Source: Amoebidium appalachense
Taxonomy: Eukaryota; Protista; Ichthyosporea
DNA length: 51,195 bases
Direction of reading: 5' to 3'
Assembly: GCA_963693365.1 (NCBI GenBank)
Contig: CAVNZM010000030.1
Coordinates: forward strand, 1 to 51,195
The notes beneath the pieces are model-generated. The model ran no database searches, was not told the DNA's origin, and worked only from the letters and a program-made list of their open reading frames with translations. How positions within the stretch are numbered: the first letter of the stretch is position 1; every line of letters starts with the position of its first letter. The position numbers and the translations under genes are program-made. Below are positions 42,187 through 51,195 of this stretch, in pieces.

Positions 42187-42298
42187 GAAGGCGGGCAAGG
42201 GACTGGTCTCTCCCCAGTAGAACATAATGTATTTGATTTAATAGCAGAGCTGGAACTGTGTTCCCCTCTGGCAGATAAATTGCAAAATAAATCTACTG

Positions 42299-45097
42299 GT
42301 GCGGAAATTTCTGTTGTCTCGGAGCCCTCCCACGAATCTGCATGTGCCCCACCCCCCCCACGAACAGTTACCCCCGTGTACTGACCCCCCCATGCACACG
42401 CACACCCCGCCCCCGCGCAAAAAGAAAAATGTGCATTTTGCTGACCGTGTGCACTCCTCCATTGCAGAACCACGGCATGAAAATGCCACTGTGTGCACAT
42501 TAACCCACGAAAATAAATGCACAGCCACACTTGCGCGAATGTATGTGCATGGGAAGCTAGTCACAGTAGTTGTCGACTCTGGTGCTAGCCATAGCTGTAT
42601 AAGCACAGCATTTTACGAATCTCTCCCTGTAGTGGCAAGAAAACGAATTCAGCATGTTCCTAATTTTAGTGTACTGGATGCACAAAGTAACGAAATGACA
42701 TGCCAAGGAAGTATATCTCTCACTCTCGCCATTCCCAACGAATCTGCTCTAGTGGTGCACAGATGGCATGTGATTGATAATCTACCATATGATGCCTTAT
42801 TAGGTGTTGATTTCATGGGGCCACAACAGGGACGAATTGATTACGGTGCTGCAGAACTTTCGTTCATGTATGCTAAGGGAAATCGCAGGTGCAGTATTCC
42901 GGTGTGGTGGTTGCGTGGGAGTGCGGAGGAGACAGCTGTTTCTCGCGTATTAATTACCACCACAGGTATTCACCTCCCGGTAGATGCGTCAAATATCGCA
43001 ACGTGTAAAATAAAACTCGCTGCCGGCGCACCACCACCACGAACTTTAGACTGTTGTATGGGCACAGTGGTTCCATGTGGTCCACTTAATTCACGGGCTT
43101 ACACAACAGCATGCAGTGTCACCAGTTTAGCTCGAATTTCGAATAACGAACCCCCCCTCTCCACTAGCGAAGAAAGTGTGATCGAGGACGAATACGAATG
43201 CAAGGTGTTGTTGACTAACACATCGGACCATCATGTGTACCTAGGCCCTGGTACGGAGGTGGCCATGTTTATTCCCTTGCAATCAGATGACACTGTTACT
43301 CTTTTAGCACGTCCACACTCCGGTAATGGAACCAGGAGGGCGACAACCCCACACCCTGGCCATCCATTAGGTACCTCTGCTAAAACGAACTTTTCTTCGC
43401 AGGAATCAACCGAAGAACCCACCGAACACGAACCACACACTTTCCAGGCGGCTACTAATATTAACGGTAGTATTAAGGTGTGTGAACGGAGTAAAATTAT
43501 GAATATGAGTACGAAAGAGAACACCACACAGCGCAGTTCCACGAAAATGAATGGTTTTGGTAATCCAGCACGAACAAAACCAGAGGTAGGGCCACCTACT
43601 ATCGAAGCAGCAGATGGGGCACCATCTACCACTGCACTGGAGGATACGAATAATTTACGAAAGCGTACGCACGAATGTACCTCCGACGGGGAAGCCGCCA
43701 CAGACGACGACTTGCCTTTTGGGGTCAAACCTCCAGAAGAATACGACATGCCTGGAACTCCCCCAGACCAACGGAAACCGTTGGCGAAACGGATACGAAA
43801 ACTGCTTAAGAAATGGAAGCATGTGTTCTCTGCACACGACAACGACTTTGGTTTGAGTACCTTAGACGAACTGTCGATCGAAGTAACTACCACCATACCA
43901 CAGTACCGCAGGCCCTATAACATCCCACATCACCTTCGCGATAGCCTACACAAACAAATTCAAAATTGGGTAGAGTTTGGAGTGATTGAGCCTGCGTCCA
44001 GCCCTTACTCCGCTCCGATGGTGTTGGTGGCGAAAAAGGACGGGTCTTTAAGAGTCTGCATTGATTTTAGAATGCTGAACTTGATTACGAAGAAAGACGG
44101 TTACCCTTTACCACGAATTGACATGGCTCTGGGTATGCTCAGAGGTGCCCGCGTGTTTTCCGCACTTGATTTAAACGGTGGTTACCACCAAGTCAAAGTA
44201 GCCGATAACGACAAAGAAAAACTTGCATTTACCACCCCCTGGGGGCAGTATCAATTCGCACGCGCACCTTTTGGAGTAAGTAACATGCCTGCTGTCTTTT
44301 CAAGGATGATGAACCGTGTATTCGCTGGTATGCTGTGGACACATGTACTCATATATCTCGATGATATATTAGTTATGTCACCCACTATCGAAGAACATTT
44401 TGGGCATTTAGATTCATGTTTTTCCCGGCTCTGTGATGCAGGATTAAAACTGAAAGGCAGAAAATGCTCTTTGTTCATGGAAGAAGTTGGCTATTTAGGC
44501 CATCGCGTATGCCCGGATGGTATTAAGGTAGACCCAGAAAAAGTGGCAGCAATAAAGAATAAAAGCTACCCACAAAATTTATCTGAGCCACGAAGTGACC
44601 TCGGGTTATTTTCATATTATCGAATATTTGTGGACGATTTCAGCCATACGGCTGAACCACTCACGCGAATGCTGGGCACCTCGAAGGAGGATTCAGAATT
44701 ACTAAAACGAATTCACGCAAAAATGCCCCCCTCTACGAAACCCGCCAAACGCAACGGCAGCGCAAAACAACGAAAAGACGAAGCAAAAAATTTGCACGCC
44801 GATTCTGCAGCTATTTTGGCCACGAAAAAGAAAGCACAGAAAAATGCTGCATGGGTGTGGGGTACGGAACAGGAGAAAGCATACGATACCCTTAAGAATG
44901 CGTTAATTAATGCACCTGTGCTTGCTCACCCCGATTTCACCAAACCTTTTATTGTTGACTCAGATGCTTCACAGTATGCTCTGGGCGCAGTGATTTCGCA
45001 GGTAGGTGATGACGGCAAAGAACGACCCATAGCTTATGTAGCAGAACACTCTCTAAGAGTGAACGAAATTATGCGGCGAATAAAAGGGAAGCCTTAG
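42299..45097 (+). CDS. pol: pol 5' part: aspartic protease, reverse transcriptase, start of RNase H (frameshift near 45038)
   Basis: VVDSGAS...LLGVDF; LRVCIDFR, LDLNGGYHQV, PFGVSN, YLDD; DSDAS. The IAY(A)SRTLSKSERNY motif continues in a shifted frame. Confidence 0.93.
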   Translation: MRKFLLSRSPPTNLHVPHPPHEQLPPCTDPPMHTHTPPPRKKKNVHFADRVHSSIAEPRHENATVCTLTHENKCTATLARMYVHGKLVTVVVDSGASHSCISTAFYESLPVVARKRIQHVPNFSVLDAQSNEMTCQGSISLTLAIPNESALVVHRWHVIDNLPYDALLGVDFMGPQQGRIDYGAAELSFMYAKGNRRCSIPVWWLRGSAEETAVSRVLITTTGIHLPVDASNIATCKIKLAAGAPPPRTLDCCMGTVVPCGPLNSRAYTTACSVTSLARISNNEPPLSTSEESVIEDEYECKVLLTNTSDHHVYLGPGTEVAMFIPLQSDDTVTLLARPHSGNGTRRATTPHPGHPLGTSAKTNFSSQESTEEPTEHEPHTFQAATNINGSIKVCERSKIMNMSTKENTTQRSSTKMNGFGNPARTKPEVGPPTIEAADGAPSTTALEDTNNLRKRTHECTSDGEAATDDDLPFGVKPPEEYDMPGTPPDQRKPLAKRIRKLLKKWKHVFSAHDNDFGLSTLDELSIEVTTTIPQYRRPYNIPHHLRDSLHKQIQNWVEFGVIEPASSPYSAPMVLVAKKDGSLRVCIDFRMLNLITKKDGYPLPRIDMALGMLRGARVFSALDLNGGYHQVKVADNDKEKLAFTTPWGQYQFARAPFGVSNMPAVFSRMMNRVFAGMLWTHVLIYLDDILVMSPTIEEHFGHLDSCFSRLCDAGLKLKGRKCSLFMEEVGYLGHRVCPDGIKVDPEKVAAIKNKSYPQNLSEPRSDLGLFSYYRIFVDDFSHTAEPLTRMLGTSKEDSELLKRIHAKMPPSTKPAKRNGSAKQRKDEAKNLHADSAAILATKKKAQKNAAWVWGTEQEKAYDTLKNALINAPVLAHPDFTKPFIVDSDASQYALGAVISQVGDDGKERPIAYVAEHSLRVNEIMRRIKGKP

Positions 45098-45099
45098 GT

Positions 45100-47088
45100 G
45101 TGTATTGGGCTGTGTGCAAAGCATTTCGCGCTTACACCTATGGGGCTCCTTTCTTGTTACGAACCGACCACTCCAGCTTGACGCGCATTCTGTCTACCGG
45201 CGATGCACCGGAACCTGTTGTTGCAGGCTGGCAAATGGCGCTTTCCGCATACACATACGAAATTCAGCACAGGGCGGGCAAACACCACAGCAATGCTGAT
45301 GGACTCTCTCGGCCATCTAAAGAAAATGCGCAACCAGGACCCGAAGATACTGAGCTGACATACCCCTCACTGATCGGCACAGTCTCGGGCTCGTCCACGG
45401 TGTTTGCGGTAACAAGCTCCGCCGCAGCGACAGCGCAGGCACAAGCTGCCACCCACCCACCCCCAGCTGAACCCACGAAACCTAATACCACGCCGCCAGA
45501 ATTTATTCCCCCAAAAGCGGATGGACGAATGCCCACCTATGAACAGTATGTGTCAGCACAGAAGGCTGATAAACACATTGCGAAAGTCAGGGCCTACCTG
45601 GAAAAAGCACCGGGCTACGAATTATTTGGCAACGAAATCGCGATGGAAGCTAGTCGCTGCACCATAGACAATGACCTTGTGTATGTGTGGGTCCTAGAAC
45701 AGCGTGGCCCCCGCAAACCCAGCAAGGAACCACGAATTTGGGTGCCGTCTACGCTTGTGCGCCTCGTTTTGGCCGCATGTCACGACGCCCCAACCGCAGG
45801 TCACCTCGACGCAGCACGCACCTTCCACCGTGTTACCCAGATAGCATGGTGGCCACGTGTATGGCAAGACTCGGTGCAGTGGGTAACCACATGCAAAGCC
45901 TGTCAATACCGGAAGACACCCCGAATGCAAAAGAAACTACGAATTCACGATGGTTTTATCCCCACCTATCCCTTTCAATACGTGTCTATGGACATTACTG
46001 AGATGCCTACGAAATCTGATCTCAGAGTTTCCCTGTTGGTGTTTCTCGACCTCTTCACTCGCTGGCCGGAAGTGATTTTATTTCACAAAACACCCACAGC
46101 CGAAGATGTGGCAAAGGCATTCGAAGACTCCATCTACTGCCGTCACGGTCGTCCGGAATTTTTAGTATCAGACAACGGCGCGAATTTGGCAGCTATGTTG
46201 GTCACAGATGTCTGTCGAGTGTTGGCTACAAAACGAATTTTTGCAAGTCCCTACAGCCCCCAGACCAATGGTGCCGTAGAGCGATTCAATCGCACACTTA
46301 AGAATATTCTTGCCACTCTCGTGCAGGATAAACACCACGAATGGATTGACTACTTACCGCAAGTACTGTTTTCCTACCGCACCGCCTACCACTCTTCCTT
46401 GGGGGACACGCCATTCTTCATGCTTTATGGCAGAGATCCGGTCGAGCCCCCCCGCCCCCCAATTGCGCCTTCATGTGGGATGGAGACGGAGGAATACCGT
46501 CGAGAACTACTGCAACGAGTGCAGTATGCCCGGCAAACAGTCACACGAATTATGTCTGAAGCTGCCCGTCGTAGTAAAATCACGGCTAACAAAAATGCTC
46601 GTGAACCCACAGAACTCGAGGGTCTGGTGTTGAAAGCAGTCACAGACTCCACCACCGACCACAGTCTACCCACGGCACTCAGACCTAAATGGGAAGGTCC
46701 GTATCGCGTCCTGCGGCGCGTTACCGACGCCCCCATGTCTTACGAAATTCAGCGGGTTGGGTCAACGGACACCGTTCGAGCACACGCACGTCACTTGAAG
46801 CCGTATTTTCCCCGTGACGACGTTGATATGACGCCAGCCGACTCTGGTCCGCAAGATTCACCCACCCCCACCTTCGAAGTGGCAAAAATTATTGCCCACA
46901 AGTACGACTCGGCAACTGCCCAAGCCCTTTACAAAGTTCGTTGGAAAGGGTACACGGCTAAGAACGACACCTGGGAACCTCACTCCGGCCTGCAAGACAC
47001 AGCCGCAGGAGCACTCACAGACTACCTAGGTACTTTGGTGGCCGGCCCTGCCAGCCAGCCCGCACGAAAGAAGCGCCGACGTCGCTAA
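45100..47088 (+). CDS. pol: pol 3' part: RNase H C-terminus, integrase, GPY/F module, chromodomain
   Basis: TDHSSL and NADGLSR; HHCC (HDAPTAGH...CKAC); SMD, SDNG, VERFN; WEGPY; FEVAKII...YKVRWKGY...DTWEP. Confidence 0.93.
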   Translation: MYWAVCKAFRAYTYGAPFLLRTDHSSLTRILSTGDAPEPVVAGWQMALSAYTYEIQHRAGKHHSNADGLSRPSKENAQPGPEDTELTYPSLIGTVSGSSTVFAVTSSAAATAQAQAATHPPPAEPTKPNTTPPEFIPPKADGRMPTYEQYVSAQKADKHIAKVRAYLEKAPGYELFGNEIAMEASRCTIDNDLVYVWVLEQRGPRKPSKEPRIWVPSTLVRLVLAACHDAPTAGHLDAARTFHRVTQIAWWPRVWQDSVQWVTTCKACQYRKTPRMQKKLRIHDGFIPTYPFQYVSMDITEMPTKSDLRVSLLVFLDLFTRWPEVILFHKTPTAEDVAKAFEDSIYCRHGRPEFLVSDNGANLAAMLVTDVCRVLATKRIFASPYSPQTNGAVERFNRTLKNILATLVQDKHHEWIDYLPQVLFSYRTAYHSSLGDTPFFMLYGRDPVEPPRPPIAPSCGMETEEYRRELLQRVQYARQTVTRIMSEAARRSKITANKNAREPTELEGLVLKAVTDSTTDHSLPTALRPKWEGPYRVLRRVTDAPMSYEIQRVGSTDTVRAHARHLKPYFPRDDVDMTPADSGPQDSPTPTFEVAKIIAHKYDSATAQALYKVRWKGYTAKNDTWEPHSGLQDTAAGALTDYLGTLVAGPASQPARKKRRRR

Positions 47089-47140
47089 CTTCCCTCAGCC
47101 TGGTGGTTTACCGTCTCCAGACCATACCACCAGGCTCCCG

Positions 47141-47152
47141 AGAAGGGGGGAG
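47141..47152 (+). promoter_or_regulatory. Polypurine tract
   Basis: AGAAGGGGGGAG directly before the 3' LTR. Confidence 0.9.
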
Positions 47153-47762
47153 TGTAAACATCTGTACACGCCGTACATGTTTACTATTACGAATATACTG
47201 TACATATCATAGTGATCACGTAGATATTGTGTACATATGATCAGATCAATATCACACGCGACAGCCGCGGGCTGCGGCTCACGACTGAGCCGCGGCGCCG
47301 GCAATATGCAGTGGCCGTGCAGTCAGTATGAACCAATAGAATTCGAGAACCGCTAGGATAGGAATGCAAGTCTCATCCACTACGGAGGCGACATCTATAG
47401 CTAAACGAACGGAACCAATAAGGAAATCAGACCCAGTTGCATAAACCTAAACGGGCTTAAGTATTGACCAATCATTTGCCACAAAGTTATCCTTTTAGTT
47501 AGCTTCATGTTATTGGTGCACTGTGTGCACATAAAGACGACCGCACTCTTCTGACTGGTCAGAAGTCACGAAGGCATCAATGCCACCCATCCAGATGATC
47601 CGGAACCTGGGGGCTATATAAACAAGCCGTCCCAGTACGGGGGATCACTCTGAACGAGCACATTAAATAGTAACCTGGCCGCGTGTGCCTTACTACCCGT
47701 TCTCTGTCTTTATTCTGATTCAGTTGTTCTCTGCCTTATCCCAACTAGTTCAACTGTTTACA
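47153..47762 (+). repeat. 3' LTR
   Basis: 610-bp copy of 39275-39884. Confidence 0.97.
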
Positions 47763-50320
47763 CATATACTATGCTACAAGGGGGGTTCTATACGAGCTAC
47801 AACGTTGTGTTTTTTTCGTGTGACCCTTGTACTCCAGGGGTACATTCACCATCCCCCCCATAAACTTTGTGGTAAATGTCTCGTGCTAGAAGCTGTTCTG
47901 TGGGTAGTTATTGAAAAACCCAAAAATGTCTAGGTAACACATGGACTTATACTATGCTACAAGGGGGTTCTATTCGAGCTACAATGTTGTGTTTTTTTCG
48001 TGTGACCCTCGTACTCCAGGGGCACATTATCCATCCCCCCCATAAACTTTGTGGTAAATTTCTCGTGCTAGAAGCTGTTCTGTGGTTAGTTATTGAAAAA
48101 CAAATAATGTCTAGGTAACATACTATGTACATATACTATGCTACAAGGGGGGTTCTATACGAGCTACAACGTTGTGTTTTTTTCGTGTGACCCTCGTACT
48201 CCAGGGGCACATTCCCCATCCCCCCCATAAACGTTGTGGTAAATCTCTCGTGCTAGAGGCTGTTCTGTGGGTAGTTATTGAAAAACCAATAATGTCTAGG
48301 TAACATATGTACATATACTATGCTACAAGGGGGGTTCTATACGAGCTACAACGTTGTGTTTTTTTCGTGTGACCCTCGTACTCCAGGGGCACATTCACCA
48401 TCCCCCCCATAAACTGTGTGGTAAATTTCTCGTGCTAGAAGCTGTTCTGTGGGTAGTTATCGAAAAAACCAATAATGTGTAAGTAACACATGTGCATATA
48501 TTATGCTACAGGGGGGGTTCTATTCGAGCTACAACGTTGTGTTTTTTTTGTGTGACCCTCGTACTCTAGGGGCACATTCACCATCCCCCCCATAAACTGT
48601 GTGGTAAATGTCTCGTGCTAGAAGCTGTTCTGTGGGTAGTTATTGAAAAAACCAATAATGTCTAGGTAACACATGTACATATACTATGCTACAAGGGGGG
48701 TTCGATACGAGCTACAACGTTGTGGTTTTTTCGTGTGCCCCTCGTACTCCAGGGGCACATTCACCATCCCCCCCATAAACGTTTTGGTATATTTCTCGTG
48801 CTAGAGGCTGTTCTGTGGGTAGTTATTGAAAAACCCAAAAATGTCTAGGTAACACATGGACATATACTATGCTACAAGGGGGGTTCTATACGAGCTACAA
48901 CGTTGTGTTTTTTTCGTGTGACCCTCGTACTCCAAGGGCACATTCACCATCCCCCCCATAAACTGTGTGGTAAATGTCTCGTGCTAGAAGCTGTTCTGTG
49001 GGTAGTTATTGAAAAAACCAATAATGTGTAAGTAACACATGTACATATACTATGCTACAAGGGGGGTTCTATACGAGCTACAACGTTGTGTTTTTTTCGT
49101 GTGACCCTCGTACTCCAGGGGCACATTCACCATCCCCCCCATAAACTCTGTGGTAAATTTCTCGTGCTAGAAGCTGTTCTGTGGGTAGTTATCGAAAAAA
49201 CCAATAATGTCTCAGTAACACATGTACATATACTATGCTACAAGGGGGGTTCTATTCGAGCTACAACGTTGTGTTTTTTTCGTGTGACCCTCGTACTCCA
49301 GGGGCACATTCACCATCCCCCCCATAAACTGTGTGATAAATGTCTCGTGCTAGAAGCTGTTCTGTGGGTAGTTATTGAAAAACCCAAAAATGTCTAGGTA
49401 ACACATGTACATATATTATGCTACAAGGGGGGTTCTATTCGAGCTACATCGTTGTGTTTTTTTCGTGTGACCCTCGTACTCCAGGGGCACATTCACTATC
49501 CCCCCCATAAACGTTGCGGTAAATGTCTCGTGCTAGAAGCTGTTCTGTTGGTAGTTATTGAAAAACCCAATAATGTGTAAGTAACACATGTGCATATACT
49601 ATGCTACAAGGGGGGTTCTATTCGAGCTACAAACTTGTGTTTTTTTGGTGTGGCCCTCGTACTCCAGGGGCACATTCACCATCCCCCCCATAAACTGTGT
49701 GATAAATGTCTCGTGCTAGAAGCTGTTCTGTGGGTAGTTATTGAAAAACCCAAAAATGTCTAGGTAACACATGTACATATATTATGCTACAAGGGGGGTT
49801 CTATTCGAGCTACATCGTTGTGTTTTTTTCGTGTGACCCTCGTACTCCAGGGGCACATTCACTATCCCCCCCATAAACGTTGCGGTAAATGTCTCGTGCT
49901 AGAAGCTGTTCTGTTGGTAGTTATTGAAAAACCCAATAATGTTTAAGTAACACATGTACATATACTATGCTACAAGGGGGGTTCTATTCGAGCTACAAAC
50001 TTGTGTTTTTTTGGTGTGGCCCTCGTACTCCAGGGGCACATTCACCATCCCCCCATAATCTTTGTGGTAAATTTCTCGGGCGAGAGGCTGTTCTGTGGGT
50101 AGTTATTGAAAAAACCAAAAATGCCTAGGTTGAACACATGGACATATACTATGCTACAAGGGGGGTTCTATACGAGCTACAACGTTGTGTTTTTTTCGTG
50201 TGACCCTCGTACTCCAAGGGCACATTCACCATCTCCCCTTATAATTTGTGGTGAATTTATCGTGCTAGAAGCCACTCTGTGGGTAGTTAGTGAAAAAACC
50301 CGATGCTTATAAGTAACGCA
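47763..50320 (+). repeat. ~184-bp satellite, ~14 copies, degenerating at the right edge
   Basis: Same monomer. The terminal copies beyond ~50050 are more diverged. Confidence 0.96.
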
Positions 50321-50547
50321 TGCACAAATTGTCATCATAGCATTATACTACCATAGTAGTTGGTCGACAATAACGATATATTGGGAACGTGGACACCATA
50401 TTGTAAACCAAAAAATAATAACACCATAATATACTACACATACCTAACAATGTATTGTGAATGAATAAAATACTTGCTTACGTGCTGGTAAAATACGAGA
50501 AACAAGGATTCTCTCGCTCTTTTTTTTCTTTCTTTTTTGTTTGTTTT

Positions 50548-50618
<71 letters not shown>

Positions 50619-50640
50619 AGGGGGGGGGGGGGGGGGGGGT

Positions 50641-50808
50641 ATACCCCCATACGATCATTATAGTGATCTCATTATATGCCCCATACAACCACCATAAGGA
50701 TCGCTAGTTATACCCCCATACGATCATCATAGTGATCTCATTCTATTCCTCATACGATCATCATAATGATCACATACCAATATCCATACGGTCATCATAG
50801 TGATCACA
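50641..50808 (+). repeat. Short degenerate tandem repeat (CCATACGATCATCATAGTGATC)
   Basis: The motif recurs at ~50647, 50716, 50749 and 50783. Confidence 0.6.
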
Positions 50809-51054
50809 AGGAGATTATCTAACGGGCGCAACTGACATGTGAATTCGTTTTTGCACGCCTCATGGAAAGCGGATGAGGCTCATCAGGTGGCCGCGTCTTA
50901 GGTATGTACAAATTCAAGTCTACTTTCCCTATGCACATTAAGAATATAATAATAAATTTTTTAACACTACTTACCTAGGCGAGGGTTGTCAATTAAGAAT
51001 AGCACAGTGACCAAGCAAAGCAAAATACATGCAAAAACCATATTTGCAACGCCT

Positions 51055-51195
51055 CTAAACTTTGCGGTAAATGTCTCGTGCTAGAAGCTGTTCTGTGGGT
51101 AGTTATTGAAAAAACCAATAATGTGTAAGTAACACATGTACATATACTATGCTACAAGGGGGGTTCTATTCGAGCTACAACGTTGTGTTTTTTTC
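51055..51195 (+). repeat. Satellite resumes and runs off the window edge
   Basis: TAAACTTTGCGGTAAATGTCTCGTGCTAGAAGCTGTTCTGTGGGTAG matches the monomer. Confidence 0.93.

Larger units (their letters stand above)
39275..47762 (+). mobile_element. Ty3/gypsy chromovirus LTR retrotransposon (8488 bp), coding-defective
   Basis: Two 610-bp LTRs (TGTAAACA...TGTTTACA), a 5-bp TSD CATAT (39270-39274 and 47763-47767), PBS, PPT, and the domain order gag-PR-RT-RH-IN-chromodomain. Confidence 0.98.

Overview
This is eukaryotic, repeat-dense DNA; I cannot determine the host. The main feature is a complete ~26.0-kb cut-and-paste DNA transposon at 691-26694, with perfect 26-bp TIRs and a 4-bp TAAC target-site duplication. 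It carries two divergently transcribed, intron-rich genes that I assembled by hand from phase-consistent splice sites. On the + strand is a ~1015-aa DUF7869/Sola-like DDD/E transposase with a C-terminal Tudor/BAH-like beta domain. On the - strand is a ~1360-aa protein with a possible BAH-like N-terminus, a ParB/Srx-like domain and a C-terminal beta-class N4C/N6A amino-DNA-methyltransferase domain with atypical motifs. Arrays of a CCTAG-N6-CTAGG palindrome, related to the TIR, lie symmetrically in the last intron of each gene, with related sites between the genes. The right half of the window is nested repeats. It holds a ~184-bp satellite with a repeated leader, and a 9.8-kb non-autonomous EnSpm/CACTA-like element with 34-bp TIRs that contains a second leader+satellite copy, a LINE RT fragment and a truncated tRNA-Pro. 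A Ty3/gypsy chromovirus with apparently identical 610-bp LTRs is inserted in the satellite and is disabled by a 248-bp MITE and frameshifts. Most ORFs in the supplied track are microsatellite or homopolymer artefacts. Domain calls come from motif recognition by eye, not database searches.
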